Origin: an uncultured Planctomycetaceae bacterium
GTDB lineage: Bacteria > Planctomycetota > Planctomycetia > Pirellulales > UBA1268
Reading direction: 5' to 3'
Length of the DNA stretch: 50,377 bases
Assembly: GCA_903877395.1 (NCBI GenBank)
Contig: CAIRDU010000254.1
Coordinates: 1 to 50,377, forward strand
The notes below the pieces were generated by a model, which did not search any database, was not told the DNA's origin, and saw only the letters and a program-made list of their open reading frames with translations. Shown here piece by piece: positions 6,984-16,847 of this stretch (positions within the stretch are counted from its first letter, which is position 1; every line of letters starts with the position of its first letter). Both the position numbers and the translations under genes were made by a program.

Positions 6984-9900
6984 ATGAACGAATTTCGTCT
7001 TCCTCCATTTTCGAGCCACGTTCCGCAGCTGGTACCGCCTGCCTGCCATCGGCCTGCCGCATCGCTACTGCTGTTGATTCTGTGGCGATTGTTGGCCTCG
7101 CTAGCAGCAGGCGAGGCATTGCTTGCCGCTACGGTTGAGGAGTCTTTTGAGGGCGAACAAATATCTTGGGCGGTTGCAGAGTCGGACGTACGGCCTCGAG
7201 TAGTCAGCCATGCCCGCAGTCGGGACAAGCCGCACAGGGGCATCGCTTGCGAACGGATCGTGCTGAATGTTTCTTCCGGCACAACGCTGCGACTGCAAAC
7301 TCCCATCGGAAGAACGCGAGTGATTGATGAGTGGCGGGCCTCGCTGTGGGTGCGGGCCGACCGTCCAGACATCCGGCTCTCTGTGCGAGTGATGCTGCCG
7401 AACTTTATTGCCCCAAAGACTGGCCGGCCGATTGAAGTGCTTGTACCAGGCAGCATCTCGCAGGATGCCGATCGCTGGGAACAACTCGAGGTGGGCACAA
7501 TCGCAACGGGACTCCAGCAACAGCTCTTGGCCCTCCGTGCGGAGCACGGCCCCACGGGTGATCTGACTGGTGCTCTGGCAACGCATCTGGTGCTGGAAAT
7601 CTACTCCTCTCCTGGCCACTACGATGTGGCGATTGATGATATTTTACTCAATGGCGTGGTCCAGGACGCTGTTGCTGCAACGCCCACAAGGGGACGCGAG
7701 ACGGCCACCGGAATACGAGACCCAAACGTGCGTCCGGTGCAACTCACGGTTTCGGCCAACGCAGAGCCCACGGTAACGCCTGCGGCAACGCCCCCCGTGG
7801 AATCTCTGGCTGACCCATCCACTGGCCTAGCACGCGGTGTACTCGAGGTCGGTGGGCTTCCTTTTTTTCCCCGCGCTCTGGATCACAGTGGAGAACCGCT
7901 GGAAGCAATCGCAGCGATGGGCTTCAATTGCGTGCGTCTGGCCACTCCCGCTTCGGGTGAATTGCTGGCCGAAGCCCGCCGCGCAGGAATCTGGATTATC
8001 TGCCCGCCCCCACAACTTCCAGACGTAGACATACGCGATCCTGAATCGCTGCCCGTTTTCTCGGCCAACTGGGATCGCGTGCTGCTGTGGGACATGGGCA
8101 GCGGGTTGTCGGAAGCGGACGTCGAATCGCTGGCCGAACGGGCCAGACGCGTGCGGGCCTGCGACATGCGCGGCGGCCGAGCGATCATCGCCTCAGCTGA
8201 CTCTGGCCTGCGTTCAATCTCACGGCACGTTGATCTGCTCGTCGCACGACGAACCGTGCTGGGCACGAGCGTGGAATTAGCCGACTATCTGACGTGGTTG
8301 CGAGACCGGCCCCGGCTTATGCGGCCGGGCACGCCACTCTTAGCCACGCTCTCCACAGAACTCGACCCGCGAACGGCACAGCAAGCCGCCAGCCTGTCGG
8401 GCATCGGTGGACGCGGCCTGGCGGTCGATCCCGAAAGTCTTTCTCTAGCCGCCATGACCGCAGTGGCTGCCGGCACACGAGGCATTCTCTTTGCATCGTC
8501 GCGTCGCATCGACAGCGACGATCATGAATCGCGGGCACGAGGGTCGGCGGCCTTGGCAATGAACCTCAAGCTCAAACTCCTCGAACCGTGGGCAGCCGCC
8601 GGTCGATTCGCCGCTTCGGCACAATCCAGCGATCCGGAGGTGAAGGCCGTGGTGCTGGAGGCAGCCCGCGCACGCATGGTGGTGGCGTGGCGGTGCGTGC
8701 AAGGCTCGCAGATTGTGGCCCGCCACTACCACGGTGATATTCCAAAGGAGAGTTCGCCGCTGACTCTTCTTGTGCCTGGCGTACCCGAGGCACATCAGGC
8801 GTGGGAAGTGGGGCCTGGTGGCTTGCGGCCACTGCGACAAAAAAGGGTCACAGGCGGCGTGTCGATCGTACTGGATCCGTTCCGTTCTTCGAGCCTTGTG
8901 CTCTTGAGTGGCGATCCATCTGTGACAGCGCATGTGCAGCAGCGGGTGCGGGAACTCTCGCCGATCGCGTTGGCATCGGCCCGCGCTCAGGCGGCGATCG
9001 TGCTGGCAGATGGGGCGGAACTGTTATTAAAACTCCCCCCTGCTGCGCTGGGCAATCTGCCTGCTGCTGCGATGCTCAGCGAAGCTCAGCGGAGTGCTTT
9101 GGCCGCAGAGCAAATCGCCGCAAGCGATCCGGCCACTGCTATTGCTGGGCTGGAGCGTGCCGCTGCCATCGGAGGCCAACTCGAACGCCTGACGTGGGAA
9201 CGCGGCGTTCTGGCCACAGGCTCGATGGTGGCAGGACCACTCTCCACTTCGGACGCATCGCTGGCCGAACACTGGCGGTTTGTTGAAGCGATTGCCTCTA
9301 CAGTGCCTCAGGAAGAATTGCTGCTTGGCGGTGAGATGGAACGCATCGAGGAATTGTCGGGGAACGGCTGGCGCCACTTCGCGATGAACGAACCGACGAT
9401 CCGCACCGCCGTCGAAATCTCCCGCACGCACCCCGCAGGGGGCAAAGGGAGCCTTTTAATGAGGGCCAAGACAGCCAACCCGGCGGAATCTCCGGGCACA
9501 GTCGAAACGCCGCCGGTGTGGATCACCACTCCCCCCATCTCGCCGCCCAGCGGCAAACTTCTCCAGATCGAGGCACGCGTGTGGGTGCCGCAGCCCATCA
9601 AGGGGAGCGTGGACGGCCTACTTGTCTTTGATTCCATCGGCGGAGCGGCGCTGGCCGAACGAGTGGGTGTGACTGCTGGCTGGCGAAGGCTTGTGCTCTA
9701 TCGCATCGTGCCAGCCGATGCTTCCAGCGAACCACTTGTCGTAACGTTTGCACTCACTGGGCTGGGCGAAGCTCACATTGACAACGTCTCGATCCGCGTC
9801 CTGGAAAGTAGCGGGCAAAGCGAAGCCGGCGTGCCAAGCACAATCGTTTCGACAACTCCCAGACCAAGTTCTGCGACTGCGTTTCCGAACCCCAGCGAAG

Positions 9901-10154
9901 TGCTCGGCCCGTCCGCCGTCGCCGTTCCACTGCCTCCGGTTGCAGCGCCAACTAGATCGGCACAAGCCTCTGCACCCAAGGCTGTGGATCCACCCGCCGC
10001 ACCGCAGTGGCCTGGCATGAATCTGGAGTGGCCGAAAATACTCCCATTTGGCCAATCCCCCAACGCCCCTCCGCCCGGCCCCGGTGGAGGAAAAATCGAC
10101 CCGTTCAAACGGGCGCGGCCGGCCGGCAGCCCCGCCGATTCGCCCGCTTCATAA
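6984..10154 (+). CDS. Large secreted hypothetical protein (about 1056 aa) with a Pro-rich C-terminal tail
   Basis: Long uninterrupted ORF. An N-terminal hydrophobic signal-like segment (AASLLLLILWRLLASLAAGEA) follows ATG 6984; the track start at 6963 is GTG. The central segment GLPFFPRALDHSGEPLEAIAAMGFNCVRLA resembles the start of a glycoside-hydrolase TIM barrel, a weak impression by eye. The C-terminus is P/A/S-rich. Confidence 0.7.
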   Translation: MNEFRLPPFSSHVPQLVPPACHRPAASLLLLILWRLLASLAAGEALLAATVEESFEGEQISWAVAESDVRPRVVSHARSRDKPHRGIACERIVLNVSSGTTLRLQTPIGRTRVIDEWRASLWVRADRPDIRLSVRVMLPNFIAPKTGRPIEVLVPGSISQDADRWEQLEVGTIATGLQQQLLALRAEHGPTGDLTGALATHLVLEIYSSPGHYDVAIDDILLNGVVQDAVAATPTRGRETATGIRDPNVRPVQLTVSANAEPTVTPAATPPVESLADPSTGLARGVLEVGGLPFFPRALDHSGEPLEAIAAMGFNCVRLATPASGELLAEARRAGIWIICPPPQLPDVDIRDPESLPVFSANWDRVLLWDMGSGLSEADVESLAERARRVRACDMRGGRAIIASADSGLRSISRHVDLLVARRTVLGTSVELADYLTWLRDRPRLMRPGTPLLATLSTELDPRTAQQAASLSGIGGRGLAVDPESLSLAAMTAVAAGTRGILFASSRRIDSDDHESRARGSAALAMNLKLKLLEPWAAAGRFAASAQSSDPEVKAVVLEAARARMVVAWRCVQGSQIVARHYHGDIPKESSPLTLLVPGVPEAHQAWEVGPGGLRPLRQKRVTGGVSIVLDPFRSSSLVLLSGDPSVTAHVQQRVRELSPIALASARAQAAIVLADGAELLLKLPPAALGNLPAAAMLSEAQRSALAAEQIAASDPATAIAGLERAAAIGGQLERLTWERGVLATGSMVAGPLSTSDASLAEHWRFVEAIASTVPQEELLLGGEMERIEELSGNGWRHFAMNEPTIRTAVEISRTHPAGGKGSLLMRAKTANPAESPGTVETPPVWITTPPISPPSGKLLQIEARVWVPQPIKGSVDGLLVFDSIGGAALAERVGVTAGWRRLVLYRIVPADASSEPLVVTFALTGLGEAHIDNVSIRVLESSGQSEAGVPSTIVSTTPRPSSATAFPNPSEVLGPSAVAVPLPPVAAPTRSAQASAPKAVDPPAAPQWPGMNLEWPKILPFGQSPNAPPPGPGGGKIDPFKRARPAGSPADSPAS

Positions 10155-10207
10155 CGGCGCTTTTTTTCAGTCCAATCGAGCAACCGCACACCCACACTCA
10201 GCGGCGA

Positions 10208-10918
10208 TTACTTCAGTGGACCGGAATCCCGAGCAGCGCGGGCGATGAGGTCGAGATGTTTGAGCTCAGCGGTGCAGATGGACAGAATCTCCCGATCGTT
10301 CATCGATGCAATCTGCTCCGGCTGCAACAACCGTCCAAACTCCAGCCGAATTCGGCCTGGCCTCGGAAACAGACGCGTGCGAGGCCAGCACTCCCACGCG
10401 CCCACAATAGCCACTGGCACGATCGGCACCCCAGCCCGTTTAGCGAGCAGCACAAAGCCACCTTTGAGTTCGCCCAAGTTTCCGTCAGCCGTGCGAGTGC
10501 CTTCTGGAAAGATAACCACAGCAGCCCCATCGCGAAGCCGATTGATCACTCCTTTCATTGCCGCGACAGTCGAGGCCTCGCGATCAATCGGAATCGCATC
10601 GAGCGCCGTGATGATGGCTGCAAAGGGCTTGAATCGATAGAGCGAACTTCGTGCCAAACTCGACAGTCTGCGGTGGCAGGACAACCCCAAGAGGAGCGGG
10701 TCGAGATGGCTCTGGTGGCTCGACAGCATGAGCAGTCCGCCCTGCTTTGGGAGCGACTCGGCAAAACGCACGCGAAATCCAAACACCGACACAGCAAGCA
10801 TCCGGGTCAGCACCCAGAGCGACGCATAGAGAGCGCAACCAAACGCACTGTGCCCGCGCGGCGCGACTGCCGGCAAGGGCGGCTCCGGAGTTGCCATGCC
10901 ATGTCGGGGGGCTTTCAT
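10208..10918 (-). CDS. plsC: 1-acyl-sn-glycerol-3-phosphate acyltransferase
   Basis: The H(X)4D acyltransferase motif HQSHLD and the FPEGTRT motif are both present. The start ATG overlaps the cmk stop in an ATGA arrangement at 10915-10918. Confidence 0.85.
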   Translation of the reverse strand: MKAPRHGMATPEPPLPAVAPRGHSAFGCALYASLWVLTRMLAVSVFGFRVRFAESLPKQGGLLMLSSHQSHLDPLLLGLSCHRRLSSLARSSLYRFKPFAAIITALDAIPIDREASTVAAMKGVINRLRDGAAVVIFPEGTRTADGNLGELKGGFVLLAKRAGVPIVPVAIVGAWECWPRTRLFPRPGRIRLEFGRLLQPEQIASMNDREILSICTAELKHLDLIARAARDSGPLK

Positions 10919-11583
10919 GAGGTTTTCTGAAGCGACTGCTTCTTCGCTTCAATGAGCGCGATCAGACAATCGATCACCTCATCGCACGACAGAGAGTCTG
11001 TTTCCAATAACACCGCATCGTGCGCTGGCCGGAGCGCACCCACAGGGCGCGTGCGGTCGGCCTCGTCGCGGCAGGATTGCGATTCTAAAATCTGCTCAAA
11101 CGTCGTATTGCGGCCCCGACTTATTTCCTCGAGGTGGCGACGACTGGCGCGGGCTTCTGGCGAGGCCGTCAGAAACACCTTCACTGCGGCATGTGGAAAA
11201 ACGACCGACCCTTGATCGCGGCCTTCTGTCACAACGTTTCTTCCCTCCGCCATGCGCCGCTGAACCCGCTTCATCGCATCTCGCACAGGCGGGGCATCGG
11301 CCACCGGCCGCGTGGCCAACGTGATCCGCTCGCTGCGAATCTCGGCTGAAACATCCCGGCCATCGACAAGCACGCTGCCGTCCTGAAAGGCAATCTGAAT
11401 CGACTCGGCAAGGGCGGCCACACGTGAGGAATCCTCGAGAGGTATGCCCTGCTCCAATGCCACCATCGCCACCGCGCGGTACATGGCGCCTGTATCGATG
11501 TAGCACCAACCCAATCGCGTAGCCAGCGCGCGTGCCGCTGAACTCTTTCCCGCGCCTGCTGGTCCATCCAGTGTGATGATCAT
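10915..11583 (-). CDS. cmk: Cytidylate kinase
   Basis: MIITLDGPAGAGKSSAARALATRLGWCYIDTGAMYRA carries the P-loop and the typical Cmk N-terminus. I placed the start at ATG 11583. The ORF-track start at 11679 would overlap the upstream gene and add 32 non-homologous residues. Confidence 0.9.
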   Translation of the reverse strand: MIITLDGPAGAGKSSAARALATRLGWCYIDTGAMYRAVAMVALEQGIPLEDSSRVAALAESIQIAFQDGSVLVDGRDVSAEIRSERITLATRPVADAPPVRDAMKRVQRRMAEGRNVVTEGRDQGSVVFPHAAVKVFLTASPEARASRRHLEEISRGRNTTFEQILESQSCRDEADRTRPVGALRPAHDAVLLETDSLSCDEVIDCLIALIEAKKQSLQKTS

Positions 11584-11641
11584 CGTATTCACCGTGTGCT
11601 CGTTCAAGGCTCCTCCATATCCTGCGTGCGATGGCTGCTGG

Positions 11642-14383
11642 CTACGATACGTGAGGCTCGGCCTGAGGCCCCGGCACACGAAATCTTAGTTCCATTTGCA
11701 ACCAACCATACCGGCGGAGCGATACGGTTGTAGAACGGCCGTCAACGGCGAACGTTGGCCCGCTATCTCCGGCAAGAGGCCGTCCAAGTGCATCGCACGC
11801 CCACGCCGACTCAACGTCGGCTCCCCACTCAATCCGCACGTCTCCAGATTGGCCCACTGATTCGAGTAAACCCACTCGCATCCCGATCATGCGTTGGTGT
11901 GCCGTGTCTGCATAGACAGCACTGCCACCGGTGATTCGCACATTCGACGGACCGTTGTGCTTCAACGAGGCCAGGCTTCCAGCGATGCCGTCGGGCCCAG
12001 CGGCGTGCAGGGCCATCGCCACATCCCACGGACGGTCGAGGCCCAAACCCATCGCCATCGTGAACTCACCTTCGGTGCGATTGCCCACCAAGAGAATTGA
12101 GTCGAGCATGTGCGGACTTGATCGGATGTGCCAAGGCAGGCCGCCTGTAAAAATGGCAATCCGCTCGACTGCTGCACGTGAGGCACCCGCTGATAATTCC
12201 AAAGGCAAAGCTGCCGCAGAGGCATCTCTCAACTCCACGAAATGTGGCGCTGTGAACCGAGTACGTTCGGTTACGATCGACTGCGCGTGCAGGCTGCGGC
12301 AGAAGTCGAGGCTGTCGTTTTCATTCCACGCAAAGCGGCAGGCGGCATGCTCTTCAAAGACCGGGCCGGATAAAGCCTTCGATAATTTCACGCTCATGTC
12401 TAGTCGCGCCAGCGGCATGTCGTTGACGAGTGAGAGTCGCTGCGTAAACGTTCCCACGTTGCGCCCCTGCGAGTCGACCAGTCGGCCCTGGCTGTGAATG
12501 CCGCCTGGCACTCGCTCGATGCGATCGGCAACCATCCCGGAATAGTCTGCTCGCTCTTGGGAGTCTTCCCAGTGGCTGCCAGCAGGCGGCGCAGCGAGAG
12601 TCCTGCGAAGCGAGAGTTGCTGCGAGAGTTGGTTGCCTCGGTCGCCAGGGCGACGCAAGGATAGCACGCCACCAGTGGCTGGGTTCACCCGCACTCGCAC
12701 GGCGTTGTTTTCCAAGACCAACTGTTCGCTGGCGGCACCACTTCCCGCGCCGACAATTCGTCGTACGAGGGCTGGCCATCTAGCGGTTTTCTTGTGCCAT
12801 GTTCGCGGCACACTCTCGCTGTGGGCCTGCGGAAGTGCTGCGCCCCCTCTCATTGGCCGTTCGTGAACTCCGGTCTGAAGAGCGTCCAGCGGCAGCACAC
12901 GATCAAGGGCTCGACTGGCCTCCAAGAGCACTCGCGATTGGGCCTGTTCGGCGGCCACACTCATGCCAATCGAATCTGTGCCGACAGGATCCACAACGCC
13001 TGCACCGATGCCATCCGACCCGGCTGAAAGGAAACCTGAAACAAAGGCCGGCAGCGTAACTGGAAATGTGTCGGGCTCAAAAGTGGCCACCGTGCCGGTG
13101 CCGGCTGTACGGCGAAAGAGTTCGTCGGCCGTTACGAATGTGCCCAGCACGGTGCTCCATCGACCGACGCGTCGCAAGCAATCAAACCAGGGGCTGGCCG
13201 TGCCTGCGTGGTGGGCGCATTGTAGAATCGCTGCATGGTCGTGGTCCATCGCGTCGCCAAGCTTGTCTGCAAACTGAAGAACCGTGGTGGCGAGTCGAGC
13301 GTCGAGCGGCGGACGGGCAACCGCGTCGATGGCTGCATCGCCACTGCCCTCCCAGCGAATCCGGCTGGTGCCTGGATCGGGCAGCGAAGTGCCGTCGAAC
13401 AAATTCCAGATCGCTCCGGCATAGCCAAAGCTAGCCAACACCTGCGGTACGATCGCCGACGAACCACCCGTACACTGCGCATAGGTAGACGGGACGGATC
13501 CCACGCACTCACGCCAGACACGGTGCCCATGCGCAAACGACTCCCATATTGTTTCAGGAGTGCAGGCATCCAGTGGCTTTGAATCGTATCGGCCGCCTGC
13601 GGGCGACAGCGTGCCTGCCGCGATGCGTTGCCGAAGCCGATCCAATAATGCGGAATGTTCTCGTGCGAGCGTTTCCACCACGCGGCCGGTTGCCACAAGC
13701 GTCAGTGGCACGGGTGAATCGAGTTCGCTGGCCAATCGGCGACCGAGCGTGGATTCCGCCAGCAACACAATATCCATGATCCATGCATCGACTGGATAAT
13801 ACTGATGCCGTGTCGCGAGAAGAACGTCGAAGCATTCTTGCAACCGCTCGCGAGCTATCGTCTCATTACCCGCGACTGCGGCATGTGCAGCGGCGATGAC
13901 GCTCTCCTCAAAACTGGTGGAGCCAAGCCCCGTGGACGAACGCATGCGTCGCGCCAGTAATTCACAGAGCAGCCACGCCAATCCCAATGCGAAAAAATCG
14001 TCTGCGAGTAATGGCTCGCAGGCAGCATCCGCTTCGACATCGTGCGTGCCGTCTCGCACCGCTGCCAACGAGGCAGCCACGATGGCCGGCCGACTGCTGA
14101 TCTTCCGCACCCAGCGTGATCCAGCCATGCAGTTTGCGGAAAGCATACTCGCCAGCCGATCTTCACTTGTGCTTGGCACGATGCCTACCATCGCCGCGCC
14201 ATCGGCGGGGGGCACTTCCGCACTCAACCACACGGGCATGCGACCCACCGCTGCAATCAGTTGGGGGTGCCAGGCGGCAGTCCACGCTGCGAGGAGGTCA
14301 TCCGCCTCGCCCTCCTCGAGCCATGTCGGAAAATCATCCAGAGAATAGCAGGGTAAAAAAACAGCAATGCGTTCGAGAGTCAT
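11642..14383 (-). CDS. Large conserved-looking hypothetical protein (913 aa), no signal peptide; possible degenerate GH38-like fold
   Basis: Uninterrupted 913-codon ORF with an ATG start at 14383. It ends 59 nt upstream of cmk on the same strand. The GH38 resemblance (N-terminal VFLPCYSLDDFPTW against the HSHWDREW-type motif) is weak and rests on memory only. Confidence 0.7.
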   Translation of the reverse strand: MTLERIAVFLPCYSLDDFPTWLEEGEADDLLAAWTAAWHPQLIAAVGRMPVWLSAEVPPADGAAMVGIVPSTSEDRLASMLSANCMAGSRWVRKISSRPAIVAASLAAVRDGTHDVEADAACEPLLADDFFALGLAWLLCELLARRMRSSTGLGSTSFEESVIAAAHAAVAGNETIARERLQECFDVLLATRHQYYPVDAWIMDIVLLAESTLGRRLASELDSPVPLTLVATGRVVETLAREHSALLDRLRQRIAAGTLSPAGGRYDSKPLDACTPETIWESFAHGHRVWRECVGSVPSTYAQCTGGSSAIVPQVLASFGYAGAIWNLFDGTSLPDPGTSRIRWEGSGDAAIDAVARPPLDARLATTVLQFADKLGDAMDHDHAAILQCAHHAGTASPWFDCLRRVGRWSTVLGTFVTADELFRRTAGTGTVATFEPDTFPVTLPAFVSGFLSAGSDGIGAGVVDPVGTDSIGMSVAAEQAQSRVLLEASRALDRVLPLDALQTGVHERPMRGGAALPQAHSESVPRTWHKKTARWPALVRRIVGAGSGAASEQLVLENNAVRVRVNPATGGVLSLRRPGDRGNQLSQQLSLRRTLAAPPAGSHWEDSQERADYSGMVADRIERVPGGIHSQGRLVDSQGRNVGTFTQRLSLVNDMPLARLDMSVKLSKALSGPVFEEHAACRFAWNENDSLDFCRSLHAQSIVTERTRFTAPHFVELRDASAAALPLELSAGASRAAVERIAIFTGGLPWHIRSSPHMLDSILLVGNRTEGEFTMAMGLGLDRPWDVAMALHAAGPDGIAGSLASLKHNGPSNVRITGGSAVYADTAHQRMIGMRVGLLESVGQSGDVRIEWGADVESAWACDALGRPLAGDSGPTFAVDGRSTTVSLRRYGWLQMELRFRVPGPQAEPHVS

Positions 14384-14681
14384 GCGGGTGTCATGCTAAG
14401 TGAATGCGGCTTCCGAGACTCTGGAAGTGTAAAGCGAACTCGCATCCGAAACGATACACACCACGTGCTGTGCATTGCATGGCACGGTTTTTGAGAGGCC
14501 CGGGCACGCCGCAGAGGTTGGCAGCGTCACCCCGGCTCCGGAGAGGAGGAGATGCCGGCTATGGGGAGCGTTTGACACCCCAGAGGAATCGTTCGTAAAG
14601 TGTGAGTGTGACTGTTTTTGCGTCTTTGAGAGAAACAGTCGCCTTCCGTTTAATGCTCTTTCTGGAAAAGGCGAAAAGGCC

Positions 14682-16838
14682 ATGGCTCGCAGTCCCTACG
14701 TCTGGGGAATTGATATCGGCAAGTGCGCGCTCAAAGCAATGCGATGCCGGATGTCGACGCAGCCCGGGAAGCTCACTGCCGAGGCGTTTGACTATATCGA
14801 ATATCCGATGATCCTCACGCAGCCCGAAGCCGACCCTGTGGCACTGGTGCAGGCGGCTCTGGAGGAATTCCTCGGACGCAACACGCTCAAAGGAGATCGT
14901 GTGGCCGTTGCAGTGGCAGGTCAATCGGGGCTGACGAAATTCATCAAGCTCCCGCCAATCGAGGCCAAGAAGATTCCCGATATCGTGAAGTACGAGGCTA
15001 GGCAGCAAATTCCTTTTCCACTCGAACAAGTGGTATGGGATTGGCAGCGACTCGCCGGAGGGATGGAGGAGAGCGGCTTTGTGCTGGATGCCGAAGTGGC
15101 CGTATTTGCCATGAAAAAAGAGCAGGTCACAAAGGCTCTCTTGCCATTTATTCAGGCCGGTATTGCAATTGATCTGTTGCAGTTGGCTCCGGTGGCACTG
15201 GCCAATGTGGTGATCTTCGATCAGATGCCGCATCCGACTCCCAGCGACCCCGACACACCGCAACCCTCGATTGTGTTGGTGTCTACAGGTGTCGACTCTA
15301 CCGATCTTGTCATTACCAACGGAATGCGCATCTGGCAGCGCAGCATGCCTCTTGGCGGCAGCAACTTTACCAAGGCTCTCGTGCAAGGGATGAAGCTCAC
15401 GTTTGCCAAGGCAGAGCACTTAAAACGCAATGCCGTGCGTGCAGAAGATCCGAAGCTCGTCTTTAAAGCCATGCGGCCTGTTTTTAACGAGTTTGCCTCA
15501 GAATTGCAGCGATCGCTCAACTATTTTACTGGTGCCGACAGGACGGCAACGATCGGCAAAGTGCTGCTTCTAGGGAATGCCACAAAGCTGCGAGGGCTCT
15601 CCGACTTTGTAGCGAAGCAATTGCAACTCGACGTGCAGAGGCTCGACACATTTCGCAACCTCGAGGGGCCAGCTGTGTTAGCGGCACCGGCGTTCCGGGA
15701 AAATCGCCTCGCGTTCGGTACGGCCTACGGGCTGGCGATTCAAGCCGCGGGCGGGGCAAGCATTCGCACCAATCTACTCCCGCGAGAGATCCTGCAGGAA
15801 CGACTGATCGAGTCGAAAAAACCGTGGGCTGTGGGGGCGCTGATGGGGCTCTTGGCGGCAAGCTTAATCAGCTTCATCGGCATGTTCTTCGCGTGGACCA
15901 CGTATGCCCCGCCGCTCTACGCCAAGGCGTTTAGCCAGGCCGACAGCGTGAAGACCCGCTCGCAGGCAGCCATTGCGGCGCTGGATGAAGTGAAGCAAAA
16001 GCAGGATGCCGCGATTGCGCAGCAGCAGTATCTGTTGCGCGTTCAAGACCGCCGATTTCAAATGCTTGACATGCTGCGGGCCGTTGAATCGCTATTACCG
16101 AGAGATGAGCCGGGCAAGGTGCCGGATGTACTTGGGGATCGGAACGAACTGCATATCGATCGGATTGAATGCGAGTGGTTTCCGGATCTCTCGAGATGGT
16201 TCGCAGGCGTGGAAGAAAAGTGGGCCGAAACGCACCCTGCCGAAGACCCCAGCGAGGAGGCTCCAAGCCCCGATGGCGTTGAGCCGGCGACCCCGGCTAT
16301 CAACGAACTGCCACCAGCACAGCCAGGCGAAGCCGTTGAGTCGGTGGCGGCCGATCGGCCCAGTGGGCCTGGGTGGGTGATTGAAATGAAGGGGCATCAC
16401 TTCCACAACGAAACCCATCACAAGCCAAATCAGAGCGTTGAGTTTGTGCGATCCACGATCGTCAAAAACCTGTTGGGCAAAGACTCGAACGCTAAAACGC
16501 AAGTCGCTCAAGACGAGGCTGGCGAGGACCCGCAGCAGGTGATGGTTTCAACGGGGCCGCTGGCGGGCCAGTTGGTTGACGTGCGCGATCTGGGAATTGC
16601 GTTTCCAGTGATCGTGGAATCCTCGCCTGTTAAAGCCATTCAAATTCTCGACCCACGGCTCGGCGGCCCCACAGTGCAAGGCGGCACCGGCGAACAGCCA
16701 GTCGACAAGACAAAAGAAAAAATGATCGATCTCAAACGGTATGATTTTATTCTGCAGTTTTGCTGGCAGCCCACTGTGCCAGGTAGCCCAAAGCCGCCCC
16801 CTCGCCCGACTGCCCCCGCTCTTTCAGTGTCGGAGTAG
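14682..16838 (+). CDS. pilM: PilM-PilN fusion protein: actin-like ATPase domain, PilN-type NLLP motif plus TM helix, and a long periplasmic extension
   Basis: MARSPYVWGIDIGKCALKAM is a PilM/FtsA-type phosphate-1 motif. At about 15771 comes TNLLPREILQERLIESKK, followed by the TM helix PWAVGALMGLLAASLISFIGMFFAW, which matches the PilN signature. The start was moved to ATG 14682, preceded by gaaaaggcgaaaagg. The 69 upstream codons of the track ORF are Cys/Arg-rich junk. Confidence 0.8.
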   Translation: MARSPYVWGIDIGKCALKAMRCRMSTQPGKLTAEAFDYIEYPMILTQPEADPVALVQAALEEFLGRNTLKGDRVAVAVAGQSGLTKFIKLPPIEAKKIPDIVKYEARQQIPFPLEQVVWDWQRLAGGMEESGFVLDAEVAVFAMKKEQVTKALLPFIQAGIAIDLLQLAPVALANVVIFDQMPHPTPSDPDTPQPSIVLVSTGVDSTDLVITNGMRIWQRSMPLGGSNFTKALVQGMKLTFAKAEHLKRNAVRAEDPKLVFKAMRPVFNEFASELQRSLNYFTGADRTATIGKVLLLGNATKLRGLSDFVAKQLQLDVQRLDTFRNLEGPAVLAAPAFRENRLAFGTAYGLAIQAAGGASIRTNLLPREILQERLIESKKPWAVGALMGLLAASLISFIGMFFAWTTYAPPLYAKAFSQADSVKTRSQAAIAALDEVKQKQDAAIAQQQYLLRVQDRRFQMLDMLRAVESLLPRDEPGKVPDVLGDRNELHIDRIECEWFPDLSRWFAGVEEKWAETHPAEDPSEEAPSPDGVEPATPAINELPPAQPGEAVESVAADRPSGPGWVIEMKGHHFHNETHHKPNQSVEFVRSTIVKNLLGKDSNAKTQVAQDEAGEDPQQVMVSTGPLAGQLVDVRDLGIAFPVIVESSPVKAIQILDPRLGGPTVQGGTGEQPVDKTKEKMIDLKRYDFILQFCWQPTVPGSPKPPPRPTAPALSVSE

Positions 16839-16847
16839 CGAACACAC

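Noticed and set aside
10145-10170. Possible intrinsic terminator after the 1056-aa gene (a run of seven T at 10161-10167)
   Set aside because: The preceding stem is only about 4 bp (cgcc/ggcg), which is too weak to call a terminator from sequence alone.
14475-14681. N-terminal extensions of track ORFs (also 28339-28566 for gltA, 38008-38538 for the isomerase, 46448-46537 for fadB, 11584-11679 for cmk, 34361-34660 for the TPR protein, 23371-23541 for mfd)
   Set aside because: The extensions overlap neighbouring genes or divergent promoters and have non-protein-like composition. The homologous part of each protein begins at an internal start, several of which are preceded by GGAG-type RBS. The chosen starts remain hypotheses.
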